Part shown: one piece after another, positions 32,907 to 40,907 of the stretch
Position numbering within the stretch: the stretch's first letter is position 1
Layout of the letters: every line of letters starts with the position of its first letter
From: an uncultured Methanoregulaceae archaeon
GTDB taxonomy: Archaea > Halobacteriota > Methanomicrobia > Methanomicrobiales > Methanospirillaceae
DNA: 64,000 nt
Direction: 5' to 3'
Assembly (NCBI GenBank): GCA_963705255.1
Contig: OY970061.1
Span: 2,112,001 to 2,176,000 of the forward strand
Translations under genes and position numbers: made by a program
Notes under the pieces: generated by a model
The model's input: the letters and a program-made list of their open reading frames with translations, nothing else
What the model was told of the DNA's origin: nothing
Database searches by the model: none

Positions 32907-33516
32907 CTATTCTGTTTGTGTAGTTGGCGCAATTGAAACACCGGTAATGAATACATCATAATTTCCGCCCCCCACCATATTACAATATGAAATGGATGGT
33001 GTGCTAAATTGATATCCGGCTGTACCAAAGGGTTGTATAAATATAGAATCGTACAATGTAGAATTATCAACAGATAACTGGGTACTTATAATATTCACTT
33101 CCAAATCTACGTTAAGCGAGTATTTTGATCTTGAATTAACGCTTCCAAATATGAATAAAGTCCCATTTTGGTATTGGTTGCAATATAAATTATATCCCGT
33201 GTAATCGGGGACATAATGAGTTGCATTCAGCTACAAAATTTGATCCAATACCTGAAATTGTCAAGAAACTTGCCAGCGTTGTTTCGTCTGGTTGTTCGAT
33301 TGTGGGTGTTGCAGATATGGTAACCGCTGTTGTGGATATGGCAACAGGAATGGAAGTCGTTTCAGGTAGCGTTGCATTCACATGCACTATTTGAGGAGTC
33401 TGGGGTGTTACTGTCGGGACCGGTGTAGCGTTTATAGTTTCCGTGCTCGTGCATCCAGCAGCACCCGTTGCTACGATTAAGATAATCAGGAGAAAGAGAA
33501 TTGCACGTTTCTGCAT
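32907..33516 (-). CDS. Putative lipoprotein (cargo), frameshifted
   Basis: Signal peptide with AAGC lipobox and Thr/Pro linker; probably continues in ORF 32907..33104. Confidence 0.55.
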
Positions 33517-33653
33517 ATCTGCATAATAAAATCATAAAACGATATTAATTTCCATAGTATCTTTCATAGGAACGGATTTGTTCAAAATCAAAAAGTCCCG
33601 CGATGCAACAGTTGGGCGCGGGAACCCCAAAGTCCCTACAACGCACCAGAACC

Positions 33654-33661
33654 ATTTTAGC
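33654..33661 (+). repeat. 8-bp target site duplication ATTTTAGC (copy 1)
   Basis: Lies between right end AGAACC and left end GGTTCTGATAA. Confidence 0.85.
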
Positions 33662-33759
33662 GGTTCTGATAACTTCGCGGGGGTTTGAACTTGCTCGCGG
33701 GTGGTGATAAGTGGCGGTTGGTCGCGCAGATAGGAATGCTTATACACCTAAAGCAAAGG

Positions 33760-34100
33760 GTTCTATTGTCACCACTTTGTAGATGAGTAACTATTGCACA
33801 TTTCAATATGCTGATCTTCTGTTAATAGCACCTTAGATAAAAAGTGGTGGCAAAAAAGGGTTCTGTTTTCTGTTGCGTCTGCGTTTGATCAACCGTACAA
33901 GCGGTTGGTGGATGCGCAGATATTTTACAGAGTTTTTATTAGTGTGACAGGTCTGATAGATCGCGGGACTTGTTCGCGCAAGTGAGATTGAAGTTGTGTC
34001 AATAAAATGACAACTTTTCTTGCATAAATCTAAAACAGAAAGCACACACTCTAAAATAATTTAACGTCTGATATTAATAGTGTTTTAGAGGGATTACACA
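33760..34100 (+). ncRNA. Candidate structured non-coding RNA
   Basis: No convincing ORF; several stems supported by G-U pairs on the + strand (see findings). Confidence 0.3.
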
Positions 34101-34188
34101 CACTTATGGCTAAATGTTGACCTTTTCTGATGCGAAGAATAGATATATATAGCTGCAAGAATGTACAAGAAAGTGGGAAGTGATTTGG

Positions 34189-34926
34189 ATGAAAATTGGA
34201 ACATACTCATATCCCTTATTCAGGCTCAATACCCTGTTAAAGGATACTAAGATTATCTATGAAAAATTTGGTCGCAAAGAGATCACCAGAGAGCATATTG
34301 CTCAAGTGCTAGGAAATACTGCTACAAGTGGCGGCTTCAGTCAAAAGGTTGCAGATCTTAGAACGTATGGATTACTATCTGGTAGTGCCGGCAGATATAG
34401 TGTATCCGATATCGGTGTAAAAGCAACATTCGGAAATGAAATCGAAAAAAAAGAGGCGCTAGGCAAAGCCGTACGATTGGTGGATCTATGGGTAGCCATT
34501 TACGAAAAATGCGGAATAGAACCTATCCAAGATACTTTTTGGCTTGATTTAGCAGAAATTACGGGCATAGAGCGCCCAGAATCGCAAAACAAGGCCGATG
34601 CTGTCCGCAAAGCATATATGGAGGATGCAAAATACATATTAACTGTCAAAGCCCCTTCAGGAAAGCCGGAATCGAAAAACGACGAACCGGCGAAAGGATC
34701 TGAAAAAGGATCTGAAGGCGCGCGTGACAGGAGACCTAAAGTGGAAACAACAGAATCGGCTGGATTTGTTCATGTCAAATATCCCGGATGCTGTGATGCA
34801 ATCATCGACATTCATGATGAGGGCTCATTAAGCGTTGTTGAAAGTTTGCTGAATGCAATTAAGGCGAAAATCAAAATTATTTCGGAAAACAAAACACAAA
34901 CCGATAACGTCTCCGATGATACTTAA
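34189..34926 (+). CDS. Hypothetical winged-helix protein (DUF5343-like cargo)
   Basis: IAQVLG..ATSGGFSQKVADLRTYGLL...YSVSDIG wHTH-like pattern; upstream TATA-like GATATATATA at ~34142. Confidence 0.6.
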   Translation: MKIGTYSYPLFRLNTLLKDTKIIYEKFGRKEITREHIAQVLGNTATSGGFSQKVADLRTYGLLSGSAGRYSVSDIGVKATFGNEIEKKEALGKAVRLVDLWVAIYEKCGIEPIQDTFWLDLAEITGIERPESQNKADAVRKAYMEDAKYILTVKAPSGKPESKNDEPAKGSEKGSEGARDRRPKVETTESAGFVHVKYPGCCDAIIDIHDEGSLSVVESLLNAIKAKIKIISENKTQTDNVSDDT

Positions 34927-34949
34927 TTCAAGAGTTGAGGAGAGAAACA

Positions 34950-35038
34950 GCCGTGGTAGTCCAGTTTGGTCAAGACGTCTGACTTATGATCAGATGGGCA
35001 TGCCAGTGCCCACAAGGGTTCGAATCCCCTCCACGGCG
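34950..35038 (+). tRNA. Atypical tRNA: anticodon TAT (reads AUA) on a class II long-variable-arm body
   Basis: Acceptor GCCGTGG/CCACGGC with discriminator G; D arm GTC..TGGTCAA..GAC; anticodon arm TCTGA-CTTATGA-TCAGA; variable stem TGGGCA/TGCCCA; T arm AAGGG-TTCGAAT-CCCCT. Confidence 0.85.
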
Positions 35039-35095
35039 TTAATTATTAATATATTATAGCTTAGTATTAAAGATTTCTTCGTTACACCTGCATCA

Positions 35096-35245
35096 TTATT
35101 CATCTATCGGTTCCATAAGGGCGACTTTCACCTTTTTGCCTATCCATTCAACTGGCACATATACACGGCCAGAATTACCAGATTGTTTTACGGTTTTCTC
35201 TACGATCTGATATGCGGTGATCTTAATCTCCATCTCTCGACCCAT
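35096..35245 (-). CDS. DUF2080 transposase-associated AbrB-fold small protein (49 aa)
   Basis: Manual translation MGREMEIKITAYQIVEKTVKQSGNSGRVYVPVEWIGKKVKVALMEPIDE*. Confidence 0.8.
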   Translation of the reverse strand: MGREMEIKITAYQIVEKTVKQSGNSGRVYVPVEWIGKKVKVALMEPIDE

Positions 35246-35364
35246 ACTTAATTATAAACTTTCATTTTTTAAATACCTTATGGCTACATAGACACTTGTA
35301 AGTGACTACAATATGAAAACATTTATTACACTGTAGCTACATATTAGATACATAGTGAAATATT

Positions 35365-36549
35365 ATGATCCGCCAATTAACCAACCCAAGAGAACTTCGC
35401 GGCCTTGCGATCCTCTCGCAGCCCGACACGGTTATCCAGACCGGCAAAGATGCATGGGATGTCCGATCACAATCAAAGGACGCATACTACCAAGTCGTCC
35501 GGACTTACCAGGATCTCCACGCAAGGATGCGCGGGCAGGCAACATGGACATGCTCATGCCCCGATCACGTAACCAGAAACGTGATTTGTAAGCATATCCA
35601 CGCCGTGCAGCTCTCGTTAAAGATAGCCGGTGATGTTCAGGAACAGAGCGCACCCGCCGCGATTGCTGAGGCAGAACCAAAAATTATCTGTCCTGAGTGC
35701 AAAAGTGAGAACATCAAGAAGTGGGGAATCCGGAAAACAACGTTTGGAGAGAACCAGCGATACCGCTGCAACGATTGCGGACACCGTTTCATTGTCGATA
35801 AGGGATTTTGCCGGATGAAGAACAGCCCGAAAACAATCACCCTCACCCTTGATCTCTACTTCAAAGGCGTATCACAGAGGAAGATTGTTGATCACCTTAA
35901 GCAGTTTGAGAACGTCGATGTTACACAGCCAACAATCCTGAGCTGGATCAAGAAATACCTGAAACTCCTGTCGAAGTATTCAGAGAAGTACAAGGTTGAA
36001 GCTGGGAAAATCTGGCACTGCGATGAGACGACGGTATTCATCAAAAAAGAAGGGGAGAAAAAATACTATCAGTGGATCTGGAACCTTATGGACGCCAAGA
36101 CCCGCTATCTCCTTGCGTGTCAGGTTACGGAAACCCGGTACGTCAAGGATGCGCGCAAGCCGCTCCAGAAGGCAAAGGAGGTTACTGACGTTAACCCCGA
36201 TGCAATTGTGACGGACGGACTGCCAGCATACCCAGAGGCAATTAAGGCGGAATTCTATGGACTTGGCAGGATCCAGAACCCACATATCCGGCTGAAGGAT
36301 TTCGAGACGAAACCGAACAATAATATTTTAGAGCGGTTGAACGGAACGTTCAGGGAGCGCACCAAGGTAATGCGGAGTCTCAACAGCGCGATGGATGCTG
36401 AGGATTTTGCTGCCGGACTACAGACCTACTACAATTACATCCGTCCGCACTCAGGGATTAACGGACTCACACCGGCACAGATGGCAAATATCCCGATCAA
36501 TTTAATGGGGAATCGATGGGAAACAATGATCGGGTTGGCAGTAAAATAA
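35365..36549 (+). CDS. IS6/IS240-like DDE transposase with N-terminal SWIM finger and Zn ribbon
   Basis: SWIM CSCPD...CKH, CPECKS...YRCNDC, HTH, and DDE triad WHCDET / IVTDGL / NNILERLN. Confidence 0.92.
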   Translation: MIRQLTNPRELRGLAILSQPDTVIQTGKDAWDVRSQSKDAYYQVVRTYQDLHARMRGQATWTCSCPDHVTRNVICKHIHAVQLSLKIAGDVQEQSAPAAIAEAEPKIICPECKSENIKKWGIRKTTFGENQRYRCNDCGHRFIVDKGFCRMKNSPKTITLTLDLYFKGVSQRKIVDHLKQFENVDVTQPTILSWIKKYLKLLSKYSEKYKVEAGKIWHCDETTVFIKKEGEKKYYQWIWNLMDAKTRYLLACQVTETRYVKDARKPLQKAKEVTDVNPDAIVTDGLPAYPEAIKAEFYGLGRIQNPHIRLKDFETKPNNNILERLNGTFRERTKVMRSLNSAMDAEDFAAGLQTYYNYIRPHSGINGLTPAQMANIPINLMGNRWETMIGLAVK

Positions 36550-36553
36550 ATTT

Positions 36554-36913
36554 TTATGAAGCTTCGAGGTATTTTTTTATCCGGGTTTTGTCTTCATTTG
36601 CGGTTTGACTCTTGTGGTATATCTGAATAAATTTAATTTCGTTCGTTGTTTCATCGTGACCGAAAATAACTCTAATGCCACTTTTGCACCCTTTCCCTTT
36701 CAGAGATTCACAGCGAAAGTGTCTTGCTTTGTAAACGGGATCGTGGATGCCTGCTCCCAAATCTGAAATTCTAACAGCTCCCGGCAAATCCTTGGGGTGT
36801 TTCACACGAAGAACTGATTTTAACCGTTCTATATCTACATTTAAAGACGGATATTTTTTAGATAGATGCGCCAGATCATTGTCAAATTCGGGAACGTTGT
36901 TAAAATCAGTCAT
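36554..36913 (-). CDS. RelE/ParE-like toxin
   Basis: F..DL..L.KKYPSL, VYKAR, KG.KSGIRVI, IYHKS; overlaps the antitoxin stop. Confidence 0.8.
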   Translation of the reverse strand: MTDFNNVPEFDNDLAHLSKKYPSLNVDIERLKSVLRVKHPKDLPGAVRISDLGAGIHDPVYKARHFRCESLKGKGCKSGIRVIFGHDETTNEIKFIQIYHKSQTANEDKTRIKKYLEAS

Positions 36914-37493
36914 CCGAATATTCTCTTACGGACATATCTGATGGGCGATAAAAAACTAACTCATAATCAAGATTTTTATTGATTTCTGCTGCTTCCCACG
37001 GGATATCTTTGTGCGACAAAGCCTCAATTTTTGATCCGTTCATTTTACTATATCGACTCAATGTATTCTCTAGATGCTCTAGTTCATCCGCACTTAAAAT
37101 CGACATGTCGGGTTTTGTCTGCGAGATATATCTAATCTGAGTATGTCCGTAATAGTCTGCCTTTGTTTCGACGATTTTCCCTTCTTCTTTTAACTCTTTA
37201 ATTATATCCTCGAAATGACGAGGAGCCGGGCCATGCTCTAGTTTTGAGTAAGCTTCACCAGTTAGTTTCTCCTCAAATAGTTCATAATAATCAAAATCGT
37301 TAAAATAAAGGATCTTGTACAGCGCCTTCTTCCCGATATTATCATGCGATGATGTTCTATCAATAAAGAAATGAAGAACTTGCTTGAATTTTTTGGGGTT
37401 GAAATTTTTGTCCCTTGTTTTTTCCCTTATTTTTTTCAGTATATCTGATGATAATTTAACCATATCACTTACATAACAATCGATCTGAGACAT
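36906..37493 (-). CDS. Panacea/SocA (DUF4065) antitoxin
   Basis: GK..L.KILYF.DF, TG..Y.K..HGPAP, SH.D.PW motifs. Confidence 0.85.
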   Translation of the reverse strand: MSQIDCYVSDMVKLSSDILKKIREKTRDKNFNPKKFKQVLHFFIDRTSSHDNIGKKALYKILYFNDFDYYELFEEKLTGEAYSKLEHGPAPRHFEDIIKELKEEGKIVETKADYYGHTQIRYISQTKPDMSILSADELEHLENTLSRYSKMNGSKIEALSHKDIPWEAAEINKNLDYELVFYRPSDMSVREYSDD

Positions 37494-37602
37494 ATAAAAT
37501 CTTCGCTAGTACCACAAAAGTGAACTCAAAGAAATTTTACATACATGCAAAGTTCATACCCTGGGGTAGCTATTTATTTTTACAATGAAGAGGGTAACAT
37601 AA

Positions 37603-37752
37603 ATGGATACTATCACCGCTGACAATATCGTCATCCTTTCTTTAATTATCGGATTTATAAGTTTAATTTTCGGAATTATTAGTACACTCCTTGCAATTCA
37701 TTTCTATAGAGAGAATAAGATACTTACTGAACGTTTAAAAAAAGAGATTTAA
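37603..37752 (+). CDS. Small single-TM protein (49 aa)
   Basis: Manual translation MDTITADNIVILSLIIGFISLIFGIISTLLAIHFYRENKILTERLKKEI*. Confidence 0.5.
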   Translation: MDTITADNIVILSLIIGFISLIFGIISTLLAIHFYRENKILTERLKKEI

Positions 37753-37962
37753 ATGCAACTAACGGAAACCCAAGGACAGATAAGGGGATTGGGTGTGTTG
37801 CTTGCACAATTTAGCATTCAAGAAAGAACAACAAATTTTCCAGATATAAAACACGAGCAAAATATTCGTAAAGCATTCGCGGCATTTGTTGTTTTTATCC
37901 TTGCTGTAATATTAGTATTAGCGATAGCATCTTATTTTTCTAAAAGATCCAAGAAAAGATAA
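37753..37962 (+). CDS. Small single-TM protein
   Basis: Starts right after the previous stop; C-terminal hydrophobic helix and basic tail. Confidence 0.45.
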   Translation: MQLTETQGQIRGLGVLLAQFSIQERTTNFPDIKHEQNIRKAFAAFVVFILAVILVLAIASYFSKRSKKR

Positions 37963-38114
37963 CTTTCCCACCTCCCGATTTTTGACAGCACTTCCTAAGA
38001 GTGCTCAGCTCCCAAAGACTTTACAGAACCTTAATTTTCGATTTTTGCATTCAACCACCCGCGATTTATCACTTGTTGTCAAATTTATCAACCACCCTTC
38101 AACTTATCAGAACC

Positions 38115-38122
38115 ATTTTAGC
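38115..38122 (+). repeat. 8-bp target site duplication ATTTTAGC (copy 2)
   Basis: TTATCAGAACC-ATTTTAGC-GGTTCTGATTA junction between elements B and C. Confidence 0.88.
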
Positions 38123-38226
38123 GGTTCTGATTAGTTCGCGGGGGTTTGGGATCGCTCGCGGGTGGTGATAAGTGGCGGGTGGTGGGAGCGCGGATGATTT
38201 TTATCCTAAAAATTCTATCTCATTGC

Positions 38227-38547
38227 ATGCGATGTTTGGTTTGTGGTGAAAAGACCGAAAAAAAAGTACTATGTAAAAAACATATTCGAGATACTGATTC
38301 TTTAGCGTTATATGTGACAGGTCATACGTGTCACTCGTTTTTCCAAATAAAAGATGGTGTTCCTGGGATGTGTCAAAATCATCTTCTTTGTGAACCAATA
38401 AAACGAGCGTTGAAGGGAGAGATTTTAATCGTTCCTAACTTAGGGCATGTTGTTTGCCCTCACCCTACAATAAATCTTGCAGATTTTGTATACGGAAAAA
38501 TAGAAGAGAAAGATATCAAACAAAATTATCCAGAATGTTTAGAATGA
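38227..38547 (+). CDS. Cys/His-rich hypothetical protein
   Basis: CLVC...LCKKH, HTCH, CQNHLLC, CPHP. Confidence 0.55.
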   Translation: MRCLVCGEKTEKKVLCKKHIRDTDSLALYVTGHTCHSFFQIKDGVPGMCQNHLLCEPIKRALKGEILIVPNLGHVVCPHPTINLADFVYGKIEEKDIKQNYPECLE

Positions 38548-38620
38548 CTTCTTTTTTACATTCACACCGCAAATAGATTAGAATTAAATATTAAAGCGTT
38601 AATGATCGATCGATAAAAAT

Positions 38621-39181
38621 ATGAAAATAGTTTGGTCGCCTGAGTGCAGGGCTCTGGCAGAATGGTTGCGTGCCCATAATGACAGTGGGATTACGACAAT
38701 AAAAGACCTTGAAGAAACACTTGGAATAGAGCGCCTAAAACTATATCGCTGTCTTACTTATTGGAGAAGAAAATTTTTAGAATTTTACCAAATGCAAGAT
38801 AAGAGAGGAATCCTTCGTGGTGATCCGTACCAAAAATGGCTTGTTGCATTAGAGAATTTTCGAGTGAATTATTTGATCCAGCCCCTATTTTATGATAAAT
38901 CGGGAAGAATGTATTATACACCACCTAATCTTCGCGCCAAAGAGGAAATTACCCAACAGCGAGTAATTCATTGGATTAAATCGGGGCAAACTGTAGCCAA
39001 TGAAGCACATACATACCATGAAACCCTTCCATCAGCGGCTTTGCCATCTGAATTATTAGGCGATCTTAAACTGCTTAGGGAACGAATTGAAGATGGAAAC
39101 GTCCCACGTTGTCCGTCGTGTGGTCAAAATATTCAGGAAAATTGGGTAAACTGTCCATCCTGTGGACTTCCCCTACAATAA
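38621..39181 (+). CDS. Hypothetical protein, N-terminal HTH-like with C-terminal double Zn ribbon
   Basis: TIKDLEETLGI; C-terminal CPSCG...NCPSCG. Confidence 0.65.
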   Translation: MKIVWSPECRALAEWLRAHNDSGITTIKDLEETLGIERLKLYRCLTYWRRKFLEFYQMQDKRGILRGDPYQKWLVALENFRVNYLIQPLFYDKSGRMYYTPPNLRAKEEITQQRVIHWIKSGQTVANEAHTYHETLPSAALPSELLGDLKLLRERIEDGNVPRCPSCGQNIQENWVNCPSCGLPLQ

Positions 39182-39188
39182 AATTTTT

Positions 39189-40333
39189 TTATCTATTGTC
39201 GGTAATTTCGCCTAAATCTGTTAACACTTTCACACATACACCATATGTTTTCTTAATATAGTCAACGCATGCCTTTTTTACGTTTAAATCCTCGATTTGG
39301 TTTATGTGATCGGCTCTAAATGTCATGACCTTAAAATAAGCATCTTGGTATCTTTTGAGAGTAAGCTCATTATGATCAATTTGCCCGGGTCAAACCTTGT
39401 AAGGTTATCTCTAACCTCTTCACCACGTTCTAATTTTTCAGCTTGTTTCACTCGTGCTTCTTTGAACCTTCGAAGATCCTTCTCGCTATCTTTTCTGAGC
39501 ATCTGACGCTCTTTTAAAACCTGACCTCTCTGTTCCGAAGTTTTGAAAATTTTAACTTCAGCTGCTTCTTCCGGGGTTATCTCTTGTGTAATTATCTTCT
39601 TTTTTAAATCCGGGGGAGATTCTTTGAGGGCTTGTACAAAAGATTTTACCTCTTTTGGTTCAAGTTTTTCTTGAGCGATAAGTTTGACAACATCTTTTCG
39701 TGTTTCTTCAGGCGCCTCTTTAACCGCTTTAACAACTTCCCGCATATCTTTTTGTGTTAATTTTTCAGGTTTTTCCACTCTAACTTTTAAAAGGTCTTGT
39801 CTTGCCTCTGGAGCAATTTCTTGGAGGGGGCGAGTTTCAGCTAAGTCTTGTGCAGTTGATTTTTTTATAACAGTAGTTGCTGTTTTTGCATATTTCTCGT
39901 CCCCGGCATCAATAATCCGTCCAAGTTGGGAACTAGAGATACCTATTTTCCGGGACATCTCTGGGATGTTCTTGTATCTCCCCAATTTATTCCCGTCTTT
40001 CCAAAGGGTGTAGATGAATTTCTCCTTTTCTGGTTCGGTGAGGTCTTCCCGTTGCCAGTTTTCAATAAGGCTTAATTCCATGGCTTCAAAATTGTTAGAT
40101 TCTCTAATGATTGCAGGAATCTCCTTCCGTCCAATATTATGCCATGCCCTCCACCTGCGTTCGCCTGCTATGATCTGATAAGTGCTTCCCTCTTTTCGTA
40201 CCACGATGGGAGCAATCAAATCCATCTCTTTTATGGATTCAGTTAATTCAGCAATTTTCTCCTTATCAAAAAGCTCTCTTGGTTGGAACGGTGCTGACCG
40301 AATTTTATCAATTGGAATCATTTTGACTTCCAT
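39189..40333 (-). CDS. ParB/Spo0J-family protein, frameshift near the 3' end
   Basis: FQPR, PIVVR, IIAGERRWRA, ENWQREDL, HTH; continues in another frame to ...VLTDLGEITDNR* at 39189. Confidence 0.85.
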
Positions 40334-40390
40334 TTTTTAATCCCTCCTATTTACACAGATTTCCATCATCCTTCCGGCCGGAATGATTGG

Positions 40391-40625
40391 TTATTTCTTC
40401 TTTAACAATTCCATTGCGATTTCTGCCCACGGGATAGTCACGATTTCCCATTTCTCCTTAGCAATGTTGACCATAAAAATGTTGACCTTCTTATGATCCA
40501 ATCCCTCTTTTTGACTGACAATGTTTTTTAAGGCATCAATTGCATTAGGGACACTATCATAAATGGCTTTTTCATCTTCAGACCTCCATCACGTAAAACG
40601 CACCATTTTTTATTTTCATTTCCAT
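40391..40625 (-). CDS. Small hypothetical protein, frameshifted
   Basis: MEMKIKNGAFYVMEV, then EDEKAIYDSVPNAIDALK...IPWAEIAMELLKKK*; lies between the AbrB and ParB genes. Confidence 0.5.
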
Positions 40626-40775
40626 TCAATCAACTCCTTTATTTCTCTCAATTTTCTCTATAGTAATTTTAACATAATCTCCTTCTTGAATGTTCTCCAA
40701 CTCTCGTACCTCAGTGGGTATTGTAATGCGCCCACCTTGGATTACTTTTAATGTAGCAGTGTGTATCTGTGTCAT
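40626..40775 (-). CDS. AbrB/MazE/SpoVT DNA-binding protein (49 aa)
   Basis: Manual translation MTQIHTATLKVIQGGRITIPTEVRELENIQEGDYVKITIEKIERNKGVD*. Confidence 0.85.
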   Translation of the reverse strand: MTQIHTATLKVIQGGRITIPTEVRELENIQEGDYVKITIEKIERNKGVD

Positions 40776-40907
40776 ATAAACCTAAGATAGATATACGCTA
40801 CGCACCTATTTAATACTTTCTAATTGAATCGGTATCAAAAGGTTTATAATGTATTAAAACGTATTATAATGTATAATAACTACATTAAAATATGGGAGAG
40901 ATAAGAA

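Larger units (their letters stand above)
32750..33653 (+). mobile_element. Element A: left-truncated cargo IS6-like element
   Basis: Transposase 3' remnant, one cargo gene, and right end ...GCACCAGAACC followed by ATTTTAGC. No left end found. Confidence 0.7.
33662..38114 (+). mobile_element. Element B: complete 4453-bp cargo IS6-like transposon
   Basis: Left end GGTTCTGATAAC, right end ACTTATCAGAACC, flanked by ATTTTAGC on both sides; central SWIM-DDE transposase. Confidence 0.88.

Noticed and set aside
33760-34100. Guide/bridge RNA directing insertion
   Set aside because: No convincing complementarity to the target, and the segment is absent from element C. Kept only as a candidate cargo ncRNA.
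34995-35013. The tRNA extra arm as an archaeal intron
   Set aside because: It forms a simple hairpin at the variable-arm position, with no recognisable bulge-helix-bulge motif.
30023-35038. Functional link between tiaS and the nearby UAU tRNA
   Set aside because: tiaS is intact host backbone. The tRNA arrived on a transposon whose position is set by the thermosome-proximal site, so the proximity is probably coincidental.
38104-38133. TTATCAGAACC-ATTTTAGC-GGTTCTGATTA as a lox/dif/attC-like tyrosine recombinase site
   Set aside because: There is no tyrosine recombinase in the window. The palindrome is explained by abutting right and left transposon ends around an 8-bp duplication, and the last copy has only one arm.
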